Source: a virus (Duplodnaviria; Caudoviricetes). From it: DNA of 64,000 nt. Shown piece after piece: positions 29,219 to 38,434 of the stretch (position 1 is its first letter; each line of letters begins with the position of its first letter). The stretch lies in IMG/VR virus record IMGVR_UViG_3300033072_001097, positions 28,537-92,536 of that record; one strand, written 5' to 3'. The notes beneath the pieces were generated by a model. That model ran no database searches, was not told where the DNA came from, and worked only from the letters and a program-made list of their open reading frames with translations. Made by a program: the position numbers and the translations under genes.

Positions 29219-29732
29219 AAATTCTGTCTTACCGGCTTGGATCTCTGATAATATACCGCAAGAATTGGTTGAATCTACCGTTTTTAGATTCACTGTCAAA
29301 TTACAGGCTATTGATCCATCTACATATAAGAATCGGGTTATACTGGTAGATATCTTACCAGATTTGGATTTGGATTATGATTTATTAGAAGAGGAAGTCC
29401 AGACTCTACCGGCGAAATATGCATTTTGGGCTGCCGTCTACTCAGAAGCGCGTAATATGGTGGCGGTGGCCGAACGGGCTGTGAAGGTTCGCCGCGCCGA
29501 AGCAATAAAAGCCGTTCAGCGGCAAGCGCAAGCCGATAAGGTTAAGTTTACGGCGGAACAAGTTAAACAATTAGTGGAAGCTGATGCTTTGCTGGTGCAG
29601 GCAGATCGGAAATTAGCAGAATTCCAAATGAAGGCTGGTAAGTTGTTTCACATGTTGGAAGCTTTGAAAATGAAGGCTGAGTTGTCCCGATCTCTTGCCG
29701 GTTTCAAGCGTCAAGAGCAGGACAAGAGTTAA
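29202..29732 (+). CDS. UvsY-like recombination mediator
   Basis: Helical protein (PAKYAFWA..., KFTAEQVKQLVEAD..., LEALKMK) next to the SSB gene. Confidence 0.55.
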   Translation: MNKIPENSVLPAWISDNIPQELVESTVFRFTVKLQAIDPSTYKNRVILVDILPDLDLDYDLLEEEVQTLPAKYAFWAAVYSEARNMVAVAERAVKVRRAEAIKAVQRQAQADKVKFTAEQVKQLVEADALLVQADRKLAEFQMKAGKLFHMLEALKMKAELSRSLAGFKRQEQDKS

Positions 29733-29764
29733 TTAGTGGTGTTTCATAGTTTGGGAGTTTGTTT

Positions 29765-30874
29765 ATGACATACGATGTTGAATCAATTCGGAAGAGACTG
29801 AAGCAGTCGATGGGCGGGAAGTTCACCGACCCGGATCAATTCCATCCAGACAGTGCCAAGTCGGCGACAGACCCGATCAAGTATCGATTTTTTGTTTTGC
29901 CACCGCTAATGGAAGGCGACGAACTCAAGACCGGTGTTGTCAAAAAGTCCATGGACCAATTTTTTGTCCAGCACGCTAACCATTGGGTTAATAATCGCCC
30001 AACACCATGTCCACGTGCTTGGGATAATAGTGATTGTCCTATTTGCAGCGCTGGTTTCGATCTGCTCCGCGACGAGAAGAACGACGAAAAACGTCGGTTT
30101 ATTGTGAAGACGTGGATGCCGACGACCTATTATATGGTCAATATTTTCTTCCCGAAGTGGGAAGGCAATCCCGAAGAATTACGTGGGTGTGTGAAATTCT
30201 ATAACGCCCCCAAGACATGCTTCGACCAATGGACTGCCGCTCTGCTTCGGGACGATAAAGGTGACGACCAAGAGCCTCAGGCTCATGGTGTTTTCTTTGA
30301 TGAGAATGCAGCGTTCTTGTTCCAATTGGAAGTGCTGAAGCAAGGAAAGCAGAACAGCTACAAGACGAGCAAGTTCGTCACGCCCGATGGCAATCCGATT
30401 CCGATGATTGGTAAGCGCGGAGAGCCCAATACTGCCCAGATCGAGAAGTTGTTGAAGGCACGTCACAACTTATGGGAAAAGATTGAAGTTCCCGATATGG
30501 AGAAAGTCCAACGGGTGTATCGAACCATGTTGGATGGTGATGACGACGACGATCGCAATGGTGGATTTGACGACGACGAGACGGCTGATAAGCCGGTCAG
30601 TGAGTCTAAGAAAGAATCCAAGCCGACAACGAAGTCAGAGCCGAAGGCCAAATCGGAGCCGAAACCCGAGCAGAAGAAGGCCACCAAGAAGCCAGAACCA
30701 GATTTGGAGCTGGAAGACGATGGCTTAGCAGACGATGAAATTCCGGATAAGAAACCAGTTTCGGAAAGCGAAGATTTTGACGCCCCGTTTGGTGATGACG
30801 ATGATGATGACAACAAGTCAGTCAATTCATCGGAAATTGACGCATTGTTGAACCAACTCGAAGACGACGATTAA
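29765..30874 (+). CDS. Single-stranded DNA-binding protein, T4 gp32-like
   Basis: RFFVLPP, HW...CP...CPIC zinc site, YYMVNI, SYKTSKF; long acidic tail ending IDALLNQLEDDD. Confidence 0.8.
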   Translation: MTYDVESIRKRLKQSMGGKFTDPDQFHPDSAKSATDPIKYRFFVLPPLMEGDELKTGVVKKSMDQFFVQHANHWVNNRPTPCPRAWDNSDCPICSAGFDLLRDEKNDEKRRFIVKTWMPTTYYMVNIFFPKWEGNPEELRGCVKFYNAPKTCFDQWTAALLRDDKGDDQEPQAHGVFFDENAAFLFQLEVLKQGKQNSYKTSKFVTPDGNPIPMIGKRGEPNTAQIEKLLKARHNLWEKIEVPDMEKVQRVYRTMLDGDDDDDRNGGFDDDETADKPVSESKKESKPTTKSEPKAKSEPKPEQKKATKKPEPDLELEDDGLADDEIPDKKPVSESEDFDAPFGDDDDDDNKSVNSSEIDALLNQLEDDD

Positions 30875-30888
30875 AGAATGACTGGCGA

Positions 30889-30947
30889 GGCGGAGAGACT
30901 CCCCGTGTTGATCCTTATGGGATTGATGCTGGTGTGTTCTCTCCGCC
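30889..30947 (+). promoter_or_regulatory. Long intergenic RNA hairpin
   Basis: GGCGGAGAGA/TCTCTCCGCC outer stem with an inner GTGTTGATCCT/GGGATTGATGC stem rich in G-U pairs. Confidence 0.5.
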
Positions 30948-30956
30948 ATATTTTAT

Positions 30957-31796
30957 ATGTCTCAACCTGCACTACTCATCGACGCACGAAACGCATTGTA
31001 TCGTGCTATCTATGCGGTCAAAGCTGATCGCCGCCATCAGGTAAAATACCACTATTTTGTGGTGTTTTTACGGCAATTAACCAACTGGATGAATAAATAT
31101 CGTCCTAGCTCTGTTCACGTCTTCTGGGACGCACCTCGCTCTACCGTTTGGCGGCGAATGCTGTTGGAGGGATATAAAGACCGCTCTACTAGCACATATG
31201 TTGAGGATATCTCTGAAGATTTAGCACGAACCACGCAAGTTGCCAAAGCTTTCTTCAAAGTAATGAATGTCCGCCAATATGAGCGGCAGCAGATGGAAGC
31301 AGATGATTTGATTTATGCTGCTACTGTGAATTTACATCCACAGCCATCGGTAATTGTGTCTACCGATTCTGATATGATCCAAATTCCATTTACATTTTCG
31401 AGTTCCAGGGTCTACGACCCGAAGAAACAAGAAGAGGTACCGATACCAGAATATAATCCTGTTTTACAAAAAGCATTAATCGGTGATAAAGCAGACTCTA
31501 TCAGTGGATATTATGGTATTGGCCCGGTGAAGAGTTCTGCATTGTTAGCCGATCTACCTACGCTATATCGATTCTTTGATACTAATGGTCGGAAAGTGTT
31601 TCAGAGGAATCTCTTGCTCATTGACTTATCACTCTGTCCGCGAGTATTTTCGAATAGATTATATATTCATAAAGTGATGGCTAGGGAAGTCAAATTTGAT
31701 AAGGTTGAGATCGTTCAGCTAATCAATAAATATAAGGTGGTCGGATTACAAAGTGAATTTACTGATCTGATTACTCCGTTCATAAATCTACAGTAG
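30957..31796 (+). CDS. 5'-3' exonuclease/flap endonuclease (PolA 5' nuclease/T4 RNase H family)
   Basis: LLIDARN..YR, VFWD, WR..L..YK..R, MEADDLI, VSTDSDMIQ, LIGDKADSISGYYGIGPV. Confidence 0.92.
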   Translation: MSQPALLIDARNALYRAIYAVKADRRHQVKYHYFVVFLRQLTNWMNKYRPSSVHVFWDAPRSTVWRRMLLEGYKDRSTSTYVEDISEDLARTTQVAKAFFKVMNVRQYERQQMEADDLIYAATVNLHPQPSVIVSTDSDMIQIPFTFSSSRVYDPKKQEEVPIPEYNPVLQKALIGDKADSISGYYGIGPVKSSALLADLPTLYRFFDTNGRKVFQRNLLLIDLSLCPRVFSNRLYIHKVMAREVKFDKVEIVQLINKYKVVGLQSEFTDLITPFINLQ

Positions 31797-31823
31797 TCAA
31801 AAATATAATCAGGGAGAATTTCC

Positions 31824-32102
31824 ATGGCGATTAGTATACATGTTGCTCGGGTAGCATTCTTGAAAGTCAATGCGGTTGGAACAGTTGTTTCCAAGGATGA
31901 TTCCGCGACCGCTATCTCATCCCACCTGTCAGGTTCCCACGAACACCGAGTATTGGCTGACGCTGCTCTCCCTCACACAGCCAATAATCCCGCCGTCAAA
32001 CAATATCTAGAGTTGGAAGCCGCCGACGATTTTGTTCTCAATTACATGGATCAAAACACCATCATCACCTATAAGAGAACTGCGGCTGGCGGATTCGCAT
32101 AG
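31824..32102 (+). CDS. Hypothetical protein (possibly virion)
   Basis: AGGGAG RBS; Ala-rich, 92 aa; preceded by a CAAANNTA motif. Confidence 0.7.
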   Translation: MAISIHVARVAFLKVNAVGTVVSKDDSATAISSHLSGSHEHRVLADAALPHTANNPAVKQYLELEAADDFVLNYMDQNTIITYKRTAAGGFA

Positions 32103-32110
32103 CGAATTGT

Positions 32111-32329
32111 ATGGTAAATATAAAGGCATTACTCGTCAAAAGGGTGATGATACTTAGCCATCGACGTGGCCGAGAAATGACTATAGACAATGTCTTACAG
32201 CGGGCGTACCATCTATCCGATTTTCTTGCCGACCAAGGTGCTAAATCGGATATTATATCTACCTTGGAACTCATGATCGAGTTGCTGGACAATGGAACTG
32301 ACGAGCGAACAAAGAGAAAAATTTTCTAA
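32111..32329 (+). CDS. Small hypothetical protein
   Basis: ORF filling the gap; start could be at 32177. Confidence 0.4.
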   Translation: MVNIKALLVKRVMILSHRRGREMTIDNVLQRAYHLSDFLADQGAKSDIISTLELMIELLDNGTDERTKRKIF

Positions 32330-32960
32330 AGTAGGCAAATCCAACGTCCACACCGCTAAGTGCCATGAGCGCCGAGTAGCCAAACTACTCACCGACTGGT
32401 CCGGTAAACAATTTCGTCGTCGTCGAGTAGAAGGTCGCGGAGACGATGTGCGAGTAGTCGAAGGCGTAGCTGATGTTATACCGGTAGAGGGCGATATTAT
32501 CTTCGCCATCGAAGCGAAAAAGGGCAAAGACTTTAGTATTGATGGTCTCATGCTCAATCCAGCTGGTGCCCGATTTACCGAATGGTGGCATCAAGCCTCT
32601 TATGACGCTAAACTATTGACTGAGAAGACTGATATTCAACGTTATCCTATGGTATTCTTTAAACCACACCCGAATTGGGATTGGGTGGCAGTACCATTCG
32701 AATTATTTCAACAAAATATATTGCAACCACGAGATATTCTATCAATTCCGCCTATTCCGGATAGACGTAAAAAATCAGAAGTATGGTTTCCACACATTCA
32801 TTTCGACGCTTATGCTTGGTTGGGGAAGGTTGAACATAATGTGTCGAAATCAAAACGCAACAAAGTTATGGTCGCCTTAGATCTGCAACCAGTTGTGTTT
32901 TGCCGGTGGCGTGATTTTGAGGAATTCGTCGATCCGGAATCAATATTTATACAAATCTAA
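32292..32960 (+). CDS. Holliday junction resolvase-like PD-(D/E)xK nuclease
   Basis: K...ERRVAKLL, ADVI...FAIEAKKG, WWHQA, PMVFFK. Confidence 0.75.
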   Translation: MELTSEQREKFSKVGKSNVHTAKCHERRVAKLLTDWSGKQFRRRRVEGRGDDVRVVEGVADVIPVEGDIIFAIEAKKGKDFSIDGLMLNPAGARFTEWWHQASYDAKLLTEKTDIQRYPMVFFKPHPNWDWVAVPFELFQQNILQPRDILSIPPIPDRRKKSEVWFPHIHFDAYAWLGKVEHNVSKSKRNKVMVALDLQPVVFCRWRDFEEFVDPESIFIQI

Positions 32961-32974
32961 TGTAGGGATTTATT

Positions 32975-33142
32975 ATGGGTTGTGGTGGTTGCTCCAAAAG
33001 TAATGGCCCATTGCGGGTTCTGAAGCATAACTCCGGCAGCCCTAAAATAACTAGGCCAAGTGGCGTAACTATTGCAGCCAAACGGAAATTGTTTGGCCAA
33101 AGTATTGCCACCAGGCCAGCCAACAATGATAATAGGGTGTAA
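32975..33142 (+). CDS. Small basic protein starting MGCGGC (55 aa, not in ORF track)
   Basis: AGGGA RBS; MGCGGCSKSNGPLRVLKHNSGSPKITRP...DNRV; stop lies 2 nt before the next ATG. Confidence 0.65.
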   Translation: MGCGGCSKSNGPLRVLKHNSGSPKITRPSGVTIAAKRKLFGQSIATRPANNDNRV

Positions 33143-33144
33143 CC

Positions 33145-33396
33145 ATGGGTTGTTGTGGTGGTAGCCCGCGCAATATTCGTAAGCAATCCGTTGCAACTAA
33201 ACCAACTGCTAAAAAAACAGTTGTGCAACGTGTTCCTCGTTCTGGCGGGCGTACTCAAAAACTAGAAGTCAATAGACAATATGTAGTTCCACGTCAGACG
33301 TGCCCTAAATGCGGCTATCCGACAATGTTGGTAAATATTGCTAACCGAGAACGAAACCAATGTTCTAATGCTAATTGTCGACACATTCTACAATGA
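33145..33396 (+). CDS. Small basic zinc-ribbon protein starting MGCCGG
   Basis: CPKCG...CSNANC. Confidence 0.7.
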   Translation: MGCCGGSPRNIRKQSVATKPTAKKTVVQRVPRSGGRTQKLEVNRQYVVPRQTCPKCGYPTMLVNIANRERNQCSNANCRHILQ

Positions 33397-33863
33397 TTCT
33401 GACGATACTGACAATATTACTGTTAATCATTGCCGTTGAAGCCACCACTGAAATAATAACTTCTTCTAAACTAGTAAGTCCCCTACAAACAAAATGGCGT
33501 GAATGGACATACCCTATAGATCGACCGCCTCCTACTGGGATTGTTCAGGCGGTACGAGTTTTCATCGATAATCTGTGGAATTGTGGTTATTGTGCTAGCG
33601 TGTGGGTTGCCGCTTTCTATAGTGCTTTCGCACCAATCATCATTCAAGAGTACTTTATAAATTGGTTGGTGTTTGTTTTTGTGTTGCATAGATTATCTAA
33701 TTGGATGCATGTTATATATGAATTGATGAAGCGTGGACGGGTCAATTCATTAGATATATTATTACGAGTTACGGAGGATTGTGATGGAACAATTGGACAA
33801 AGCGTTGGCGAGGCAACAACAGAGGTTACAACCGAGCATTTTGAATCCGGTGGAAGTGCGTAA
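33393..33863 (+). CDS. Membrane protein, DUF1360-like
   Basis: Hydrophobic helices with LWNCGYCASVWVA. Confidence 0.6.
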   Translation: MILTILTILLLIIAVEATTEIITSSKLVSPLQTKWREWTYPIDRPPPTGIVQAVRVFIDNLWNCGYCASVWVAAFYSAFAPIIIQEYFINWLVFVFVLHRLSNWMHVIYELMKRGRVNSLDILLRVTEDCDGTIGQSVGEATTEVTTEHFESGGSA

Positions 33864-34293
33864 TCTAGAAGATATCAAACGGTTGGTATCGCAACTAGAT
33901 CCAGCTCGAAACCCCCGCCAACAAGAAGTATCGGTTGGAGCAATAGTATCCGCACAGGACGAAACAACTGGTGCGGAACAACGTTTCCAAGTCTCTGCCC
34001 CAACCCGTTCTAAAAGCAAAAGAGATATGCTTATAGAAGGGTTGGATATTATCAAGAATCGATTGGAGTCAGAAAACCGCTTATCCGATACTGCAGCCAT
34101 CGAGGTGAATGGCAAATTAATGAAGCCAGCTGCCGTCGGTACTGGTAGTTTGGGAAAGACTTGGGTAGACCCATTGATACTGCAGTGGCTTGGTGGGTAC
34201 AGGGATGGTATATACATCTGTTGGCAATTAAACGATGGTTTTGTCTACAGATATAATATTTATGAGCACAAACTTACCAGAGTCGAGGGTTAA
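33784..34293 (+). CDS. Hypothetical protein
   Basis: GGAGGA RBS at about 33773. Confidence 0.65.
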   Translation: MEQLDKALARQQQRLQPSILNPVEVRNLEDIKRLVSQLDPARNPRQQEVSVGAIVSAQDETTGAEQRFQVSAPTRSKSKRDMLIEGLDIIKNRLESENRLSDTAAIEVNGKLMKPAAVGTGSLGKTWVDPLILQWLGGYRDGIYICWQLNDGFVYRYNIYEHKLTRVEG

Positions 34294-34306
34294 CAACCAG
34301 ACAGCT

Positions 34307-34606
34307 ATGCCGCCTTTGGCGCAGTATCGATCACGGAATGAGTACAAGCCAAATTACGGTGACTACTTTGTATGGTCCAGATGGTTTTCCACTTGGCACG
34401 GCCTGATTGTCAATTATGATAAGACGACAGACGAGTTGTATATCATAATGGCTGGACTACCGTTTTTGCTTTTCACCATGCCAGATTCCGATTACGAAAA
34501 AGAAACTGTCAGAATAAAATTATCTGACATAAAACGAGCACCAAATGGCAAATACGCGATTCAGCACCACGACCAAACCCAAAACGCAGTTATCTGGTAC
34601 ATCTAA
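34307..34606 (+). CDS. Hypothetical protein
   Basis: ORF coupled to the next gene; start chosen at MPPLAQY. Confidence 0.6.
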   Translation: MPPLAQYRSRNEYKPNYGDYFVWSRWFSTWHGLIVNYDKTTDELYIIMAGLPFLLFTMPDSDYEKETVRIKLSDIKRAPNGKYAIQHHDQTQNAVIWYI

Positions 34607-35180
34607 TCCCTTACCAGAACTATTAAAATATCCAACTCTCCTACCATTGGCTACTACGCCAAGTATCGAAAATATTTTCTGTTATATAATCAAGCATTAC
34701 GGCCATGATGGTTTATCTGTGCTTATTTATAGACAGCCTAAGAACGACCAAGTCGTCGTGATCTGTGGTGATTGGAAGGGTAATAAGATTGATGTCGTTG
34801 CAACTGAGCCGACAGAATTAACACGACTTGCCAACAAATTTGTCACGCAAGACGTGATGTTGTTTTACGAAACTATGCGTCTGATAAAAATAGAACAAGC
34901 ACAATTCTTTTTTGCGGTTGTCGATGCGGAACTCGTGCTAGTAGATGTACAAATATCGTTGAATAAAATGGCTTCCCCAGGTATGGTGAACGATATCTTT
35001 GGCAAAATTTATCCGAGCCAACAAATTGTTAAAACAGAGATATTAGACGAGCGGGCCATGGAATTCATCTTGAAAGGTAGGGGTACGTACGTTGGAGATT
35101 TGATTTTTAAGCCAAGCAGATTCAGATTGTTTGAATCTGCTGGACATTATCAACCATTATACGCAGAACTTGTGAGATAA
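34545..35180 (+). CDS. Hypothetical protein
   Basis: 211-aa ORF. Confidence 0.6.
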   Translation: MANTRFSTTTKPKTQLSGTSNPLPELLKYPTLLPLATTPSIENIFCYIIKHYGHDGLSVLIYRQPKNDQVVVICGDWKGNKIDVVATEPTELTRLANKFVTQDVMLFYETMRLIKIEQAQFFFAVVDAELVLVDVQISLNKMASPGMVNDIFGKIYPSQQIVKTEILDERAMEFILKGRGTYVGDLIFKPSRFRLFESAGHYQPLYAELVR

Positions 35181-35182
35181 TC

Positions 35183-38100
35183 ATGCCTGAATATATCAAC
35201 CCAAATTCATATTCAGTGCATTTGGTGGGTCCTAATAACGAGCAAATTCGTGTAAAAGCTGGTCAGAGAGTGATCCTCGACGAGTACTATGATAAATATC
35301 GAACGCGTGGATACCTGCGAAGAATTAATGAAGTAAAGGCGGCTAAACAAGCCCAAACACAGACAACCCCTAGATCTGCTAAACAAGTACCAAGTCGCCA
35401 AATACGCAGTAAATTGCAACTCACAAAACCAAAGCAAACACAACAAACGTTACCCAAACCAGCGGTACCAGTCGGACAGAGTAAATTGACGACAGACGTA
35501 TCCAAGGCTAAAAAGATAGTCAAAGTACGCCAAAATCAAAATCAACCACCACGACCAGTATCAGAATCGCGAATTGTTGGGAAAAAGATCAACGCCGATG
35601 CAAATGAAATCTTGCGAGCGAATCTGGATCGCAGCACCATCCCTATCAGTAACAATATCGGCGTAGGAATCCTATCATACAATCGACACGATTGCCTTAA
35701 AAGGCTGGTAGATTCTATTGCATCCAATACGAATCTGCATAAAACCACCGTGTTTATCAGCGATGATGGTAGTTCAGATGTAAAATTACGACAATACTTA
35801 TATCATTTACGGCAACAAGGCGGGTTTGTCATTCTAGACAATGATAAACGTCTGGGAGTGGCCGGAAATCATAACAGACTCATTCGGTGCCTGTCTCGTT
35901 TCAAATATGGCCTTATGCTAAATGACGACGTAGAGGTATTACAACCAGGATGGGAATATTTCTATGTGGATGCTATAAATAAGACCGGTTTCCATCATTT
36001 TATGTATCGACAATCTGGTGTGTACGGTGCTGATAGAGGCTCGCCACGGATCGTCAACAACACGAATTTGCTGGTTGTGCAAGAACGTCCGCATGGGGCT
36101 GTTCTAGCGTTCGATAGAGATATGTTGAGTACTTGTGGTTATTTTGATGAGAGCTTTGGTTTATATGGGATGGAACATGTCGATTGGAGCCAGCGGGCAT
36201 GGGAACTTGGCTTGCAAGAAGCAGGATTTTGGGATGTAGCTGGTTCTGACGAATATTTTAGATTGCACCCGGATAGTTCGATAGTTGAAAACAAAAGTGA
36301 ACACTTACGGAATGCCCGTGGTGTGTTCCAGAGAAGGACCGCTGCCAGGTGTGGACCAACTGATGCTTCCAAGTTACCAGAAGTAACTTATATTGTTCCA
36401 TTTAGAAATATCGGTAGAGAGGATTGTATTCGGACTGTCGTCAACAATGTTCGTGCTCAACAATATCCGGTTGTCCATATTATGCTGGTGGAACAGGATA
36501 ATAATACGAAGATCGACATCGAGCAAATGAAACCGATTTATTATTATCTGGTCCCTAATAACAAAACAGATTTATTTAACAAGTCGAGAGCCTTCAATCA
36601 TGGTGCTTCTCAAGCGATATGCGATATTCTAGTGTTACATGATGCCGATATGTTGGTACAAGGTGATTACACCAGTAATATAGCCTCTACGCTGGCTGAA
36701 TATGAGGGTTGCCATATGGGTAAAACTGTCCTGTATGCCGATCAACATTCAACAACTGCAATTTGTGGTACTGGGACAGTAGATAAGAACATTAATTGTG
36801 ATCGCATTGTTGGTTATTTCGAGGGTGGATCACTAGCTTGCCATCGCTCCGCTTTCTGGCGTGTGGGTGGGTTCTGCGAAGATTTCTGGGGGTACGGCTG
36901 CTTTGCGCCGGGTAATTTAGTTGCGACCCAAAGAGGTTATATAAATATTGAATCGGTCCTGGTTTCTGATCGATTATTAACACACGCTGGTGTATACCAG
37001 AAACAAATCCAGAGAATTAGAGAATATTCTGGTATTGTTCTTGATATCTTCATACCAGGGCGGTTGCCGATACGCGGCGTAACGCCAGAGCATCCGTTTT
37101 TAGTTCAAGCCTGCGATGGGGCTTATTCGTGGGTTAAGGCTAACGAACTCAGGTTGGGTGATGTATTGGGGCAGACCGATATCTTCCCTGATTTATCACC
37201 AAGCGTGCAGTTTACTGATTTAGCCAGTGGAGATAGATCTCAAAATAAATTCGACATAAACGATAATCAAAATAATTTAGCATATCTGATGGGGATGTAT
37301 CTAGCGGAAGGTGTCATTCAACATCCACAAAAGTTGCGAACTACGTATTTCTTTCTACATGAAGGTGAAGAGTTTTTAGCCAAACATATTGCCGATATAA
37401 TCTACAATCTCAATCCAGATATTAGTGTTAATTATGACTATATCAAGAATACTTGCCGTCATGTGGTTGTTTCTAATTCGTTCTTAGCTAAATTCATATT
37501 CGCTAATGCTGGAAAACACAAAGCTAAGAATAAGATTTTATCAACAGCTTATCTTAATGGTCTTACGGACGAAGCCGTTGGATATTTATTGGGTGGTATA
37601 GTTGATGGCGATGGTGGTCATCAATTTAACTCGGAGAAACGAATTGTTTATCATTCTAGCAGTTACAACCTAGCGTTCATCATTTCTGCTGCTATGCGAC
37701 GATTGGGTATAGCACATTCGTTTGGTCGCCGTAAAGGTGGTAGTTTCAAGAATAGCCAGCAATGGTCGTATGACCTCACTGTAAATCGAGAATTTGAACA
37801 TCTTATAACGAGTGTCTATCCAAAACCCGATTTTGTTGGCTCTAATTCGTGTGGGCACTCATCATTTGGTCAAATTTTCAAAATTGATATAAGGCACTAC
37901 GATGGGCTAATATACAATTTTGAAGTGGAAAATGATAAATCGTATTGTGTTCAGGGTATATATTCTCATAATTGCGAAGATTGTGATTTCTACGCCAGAT
38001 TGGCTAGCGGTTGCAAATGGGTAGAGAATAGAAAATTTGATTTTTTGCATCTGTGGCATGATCGTGTATCTCACTGGAACGCCCACCATAAACAAAACAA

Positions 38101-38209
38101 AGAGCGAGAAAGCAAATTAAGTAAATTGAGTCTCCCCGATCGTATCGAATTACAACGCCAGAGGCTCGCGGAGATGGGGTGGCAAGAGGAGTTACAAAAA
38201 TGGACCTGA
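35183..38209 (+). CDS. Tandem glycosyltransferase (GT2 plus GT2/GT7C-like) containing an intein
   Basis: Domain 1: GILSYNR, ISDDGS, LNDDV, GYFDE..YGMEHVD. Domain 2: YIVPFR, VEQD, FNKSRAFNHG, LHDADM, GGFCEDFWGYG[intein]CEDCDF, HLWH. Confidence 0.88.
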   Translation: MPEYINPNSYSVHLVGPNNEQIRVKAGQRVILDEYYDKYRTRGYLRRINEVKAAKQAQTQTTPRSAKQVPSRQIRSKLQLTKPKQTQQTLPKPAVPVGQSKLTTDVSKAKKIVKVRQNQNQPPRPVSESRIVGKKINADANEILRANLDRSTIPISNNIGVGILSYNRHDCLKRLVDSIASNTNLHKTTVFISDDGSSDVKLRQYLYHLRQQGGFVILDNDKRLGVAGNHNRLIRCLSRFKYGLMLNDDVEVLQPGWEYFYVDAINKTGFHHFMYRQSGVYGADRGSPRIVNNTNLLVVQERPHGAVLAFDRDMLSTCGYFDESFGLYGMEHVDWSQRAWELGLQEAGFWDVAGSDEYFRLHPDSSIVENKSEHLRNARGVFQRRTAARCGPTDASKLPEVTYIVPFRNIGREDCIRTVVNNVRAQQYPVVHIMLVEQDNNTKIDIEQMKPIYYYLVPNNKTDLFNKSRAFNHGASQAICDILVLHDADMLVQGDYTSNIASTLAEYEGCHMGKTVLYADQHSTTAICGTGTVDKNINCDRIVGYFEGGSLACHRSAFWRVGGFCEDFWGYGCFAPGNLVATQRGYINIESVLVSDRLLTHAGVYQKQIQRIREYSGIVLDIFIPGRLPIRGVTPEHPFLVQACDGAYSWVKANELRLGDVLGQTDIFPDLSPSVQFTDLASGDRSQNKFDINDNQNNLAYLMGMYLAEGVIQHPQKLRTTYFFLHEGEEFLAKHIADIIYNLNPDISVNYDYIKNTCRHVVVSNSFLAKFIFANAGKHKAKNKILSTAYLNGLTDEAVGYLLGGIVDGDGGHQFNSEKRIVYHSSSYNLAFIISAAMRRLGIAHSFGRRKGGSFKNSQQWSYDLTVNREFEHLITSVYPKPDFVGSNSCGHSSFGQIFKIDIRHYDGLIYNFEVENDKSYCVQGIYSHNCEDCDFYARLASGCKWVENRKFDFLHLWHDRVSHWNAHHKQNKERESKLSKLSLPDRIELQRQRLAEMGWQEELQKWT
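36899..37972 (+). mobile_element. Intein with LAGLIDADG homing endonuclease (358 aa)
   Basis: Block A CFAPGNLV, block B VTPEHPF, LAGLIDADG blocks LMGMYLAEG and LLGGIVDGDG, blocks F/G IYNFEVEND.SY...SHN followed by Cys+1. Confidence 0.93.
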
Positions 38210-38433
38210 ATGAAATCGGAATTGGCGATATTGTTGCCTTTAGCGATGGCGTTGATCATATTGCCGGGGTCTTCTGCAAAGACAAAGGCATTACTGGGCG
38301 GATCATCAGAAGAGACCAGGGCATGTTTGTGGTTGATACTGGTTTCACGTATGAAGTTTTTGCTAGACCAGAGCATTTGAAGCTGATCGCGGCTGGTAAC
38401 GAAATCCCAGAACCACTCGATGTTGGCAACTAA
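38200..38433 (+). CDS. Small SH3/KOW-like hypothetical protein
   Basis: GAGGAG RBS; IGDIVAF...TGRIIR. Confidence 0.6.
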   Translation: MDLNEIGIGDIVAFSDGVDHIAGVFCKDKGITGRIIRRDQGMFVVDTGFTYEVFARPEHLKLIAAGNEIPEPLDVGN

Positions 38434-38434
38434 T

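Noticed and set aside
32947-33258. Minus-strand ORFs of 103 and 79 aa
   Set aside because: Better explained by the two coupled plus-strand MGC genes.
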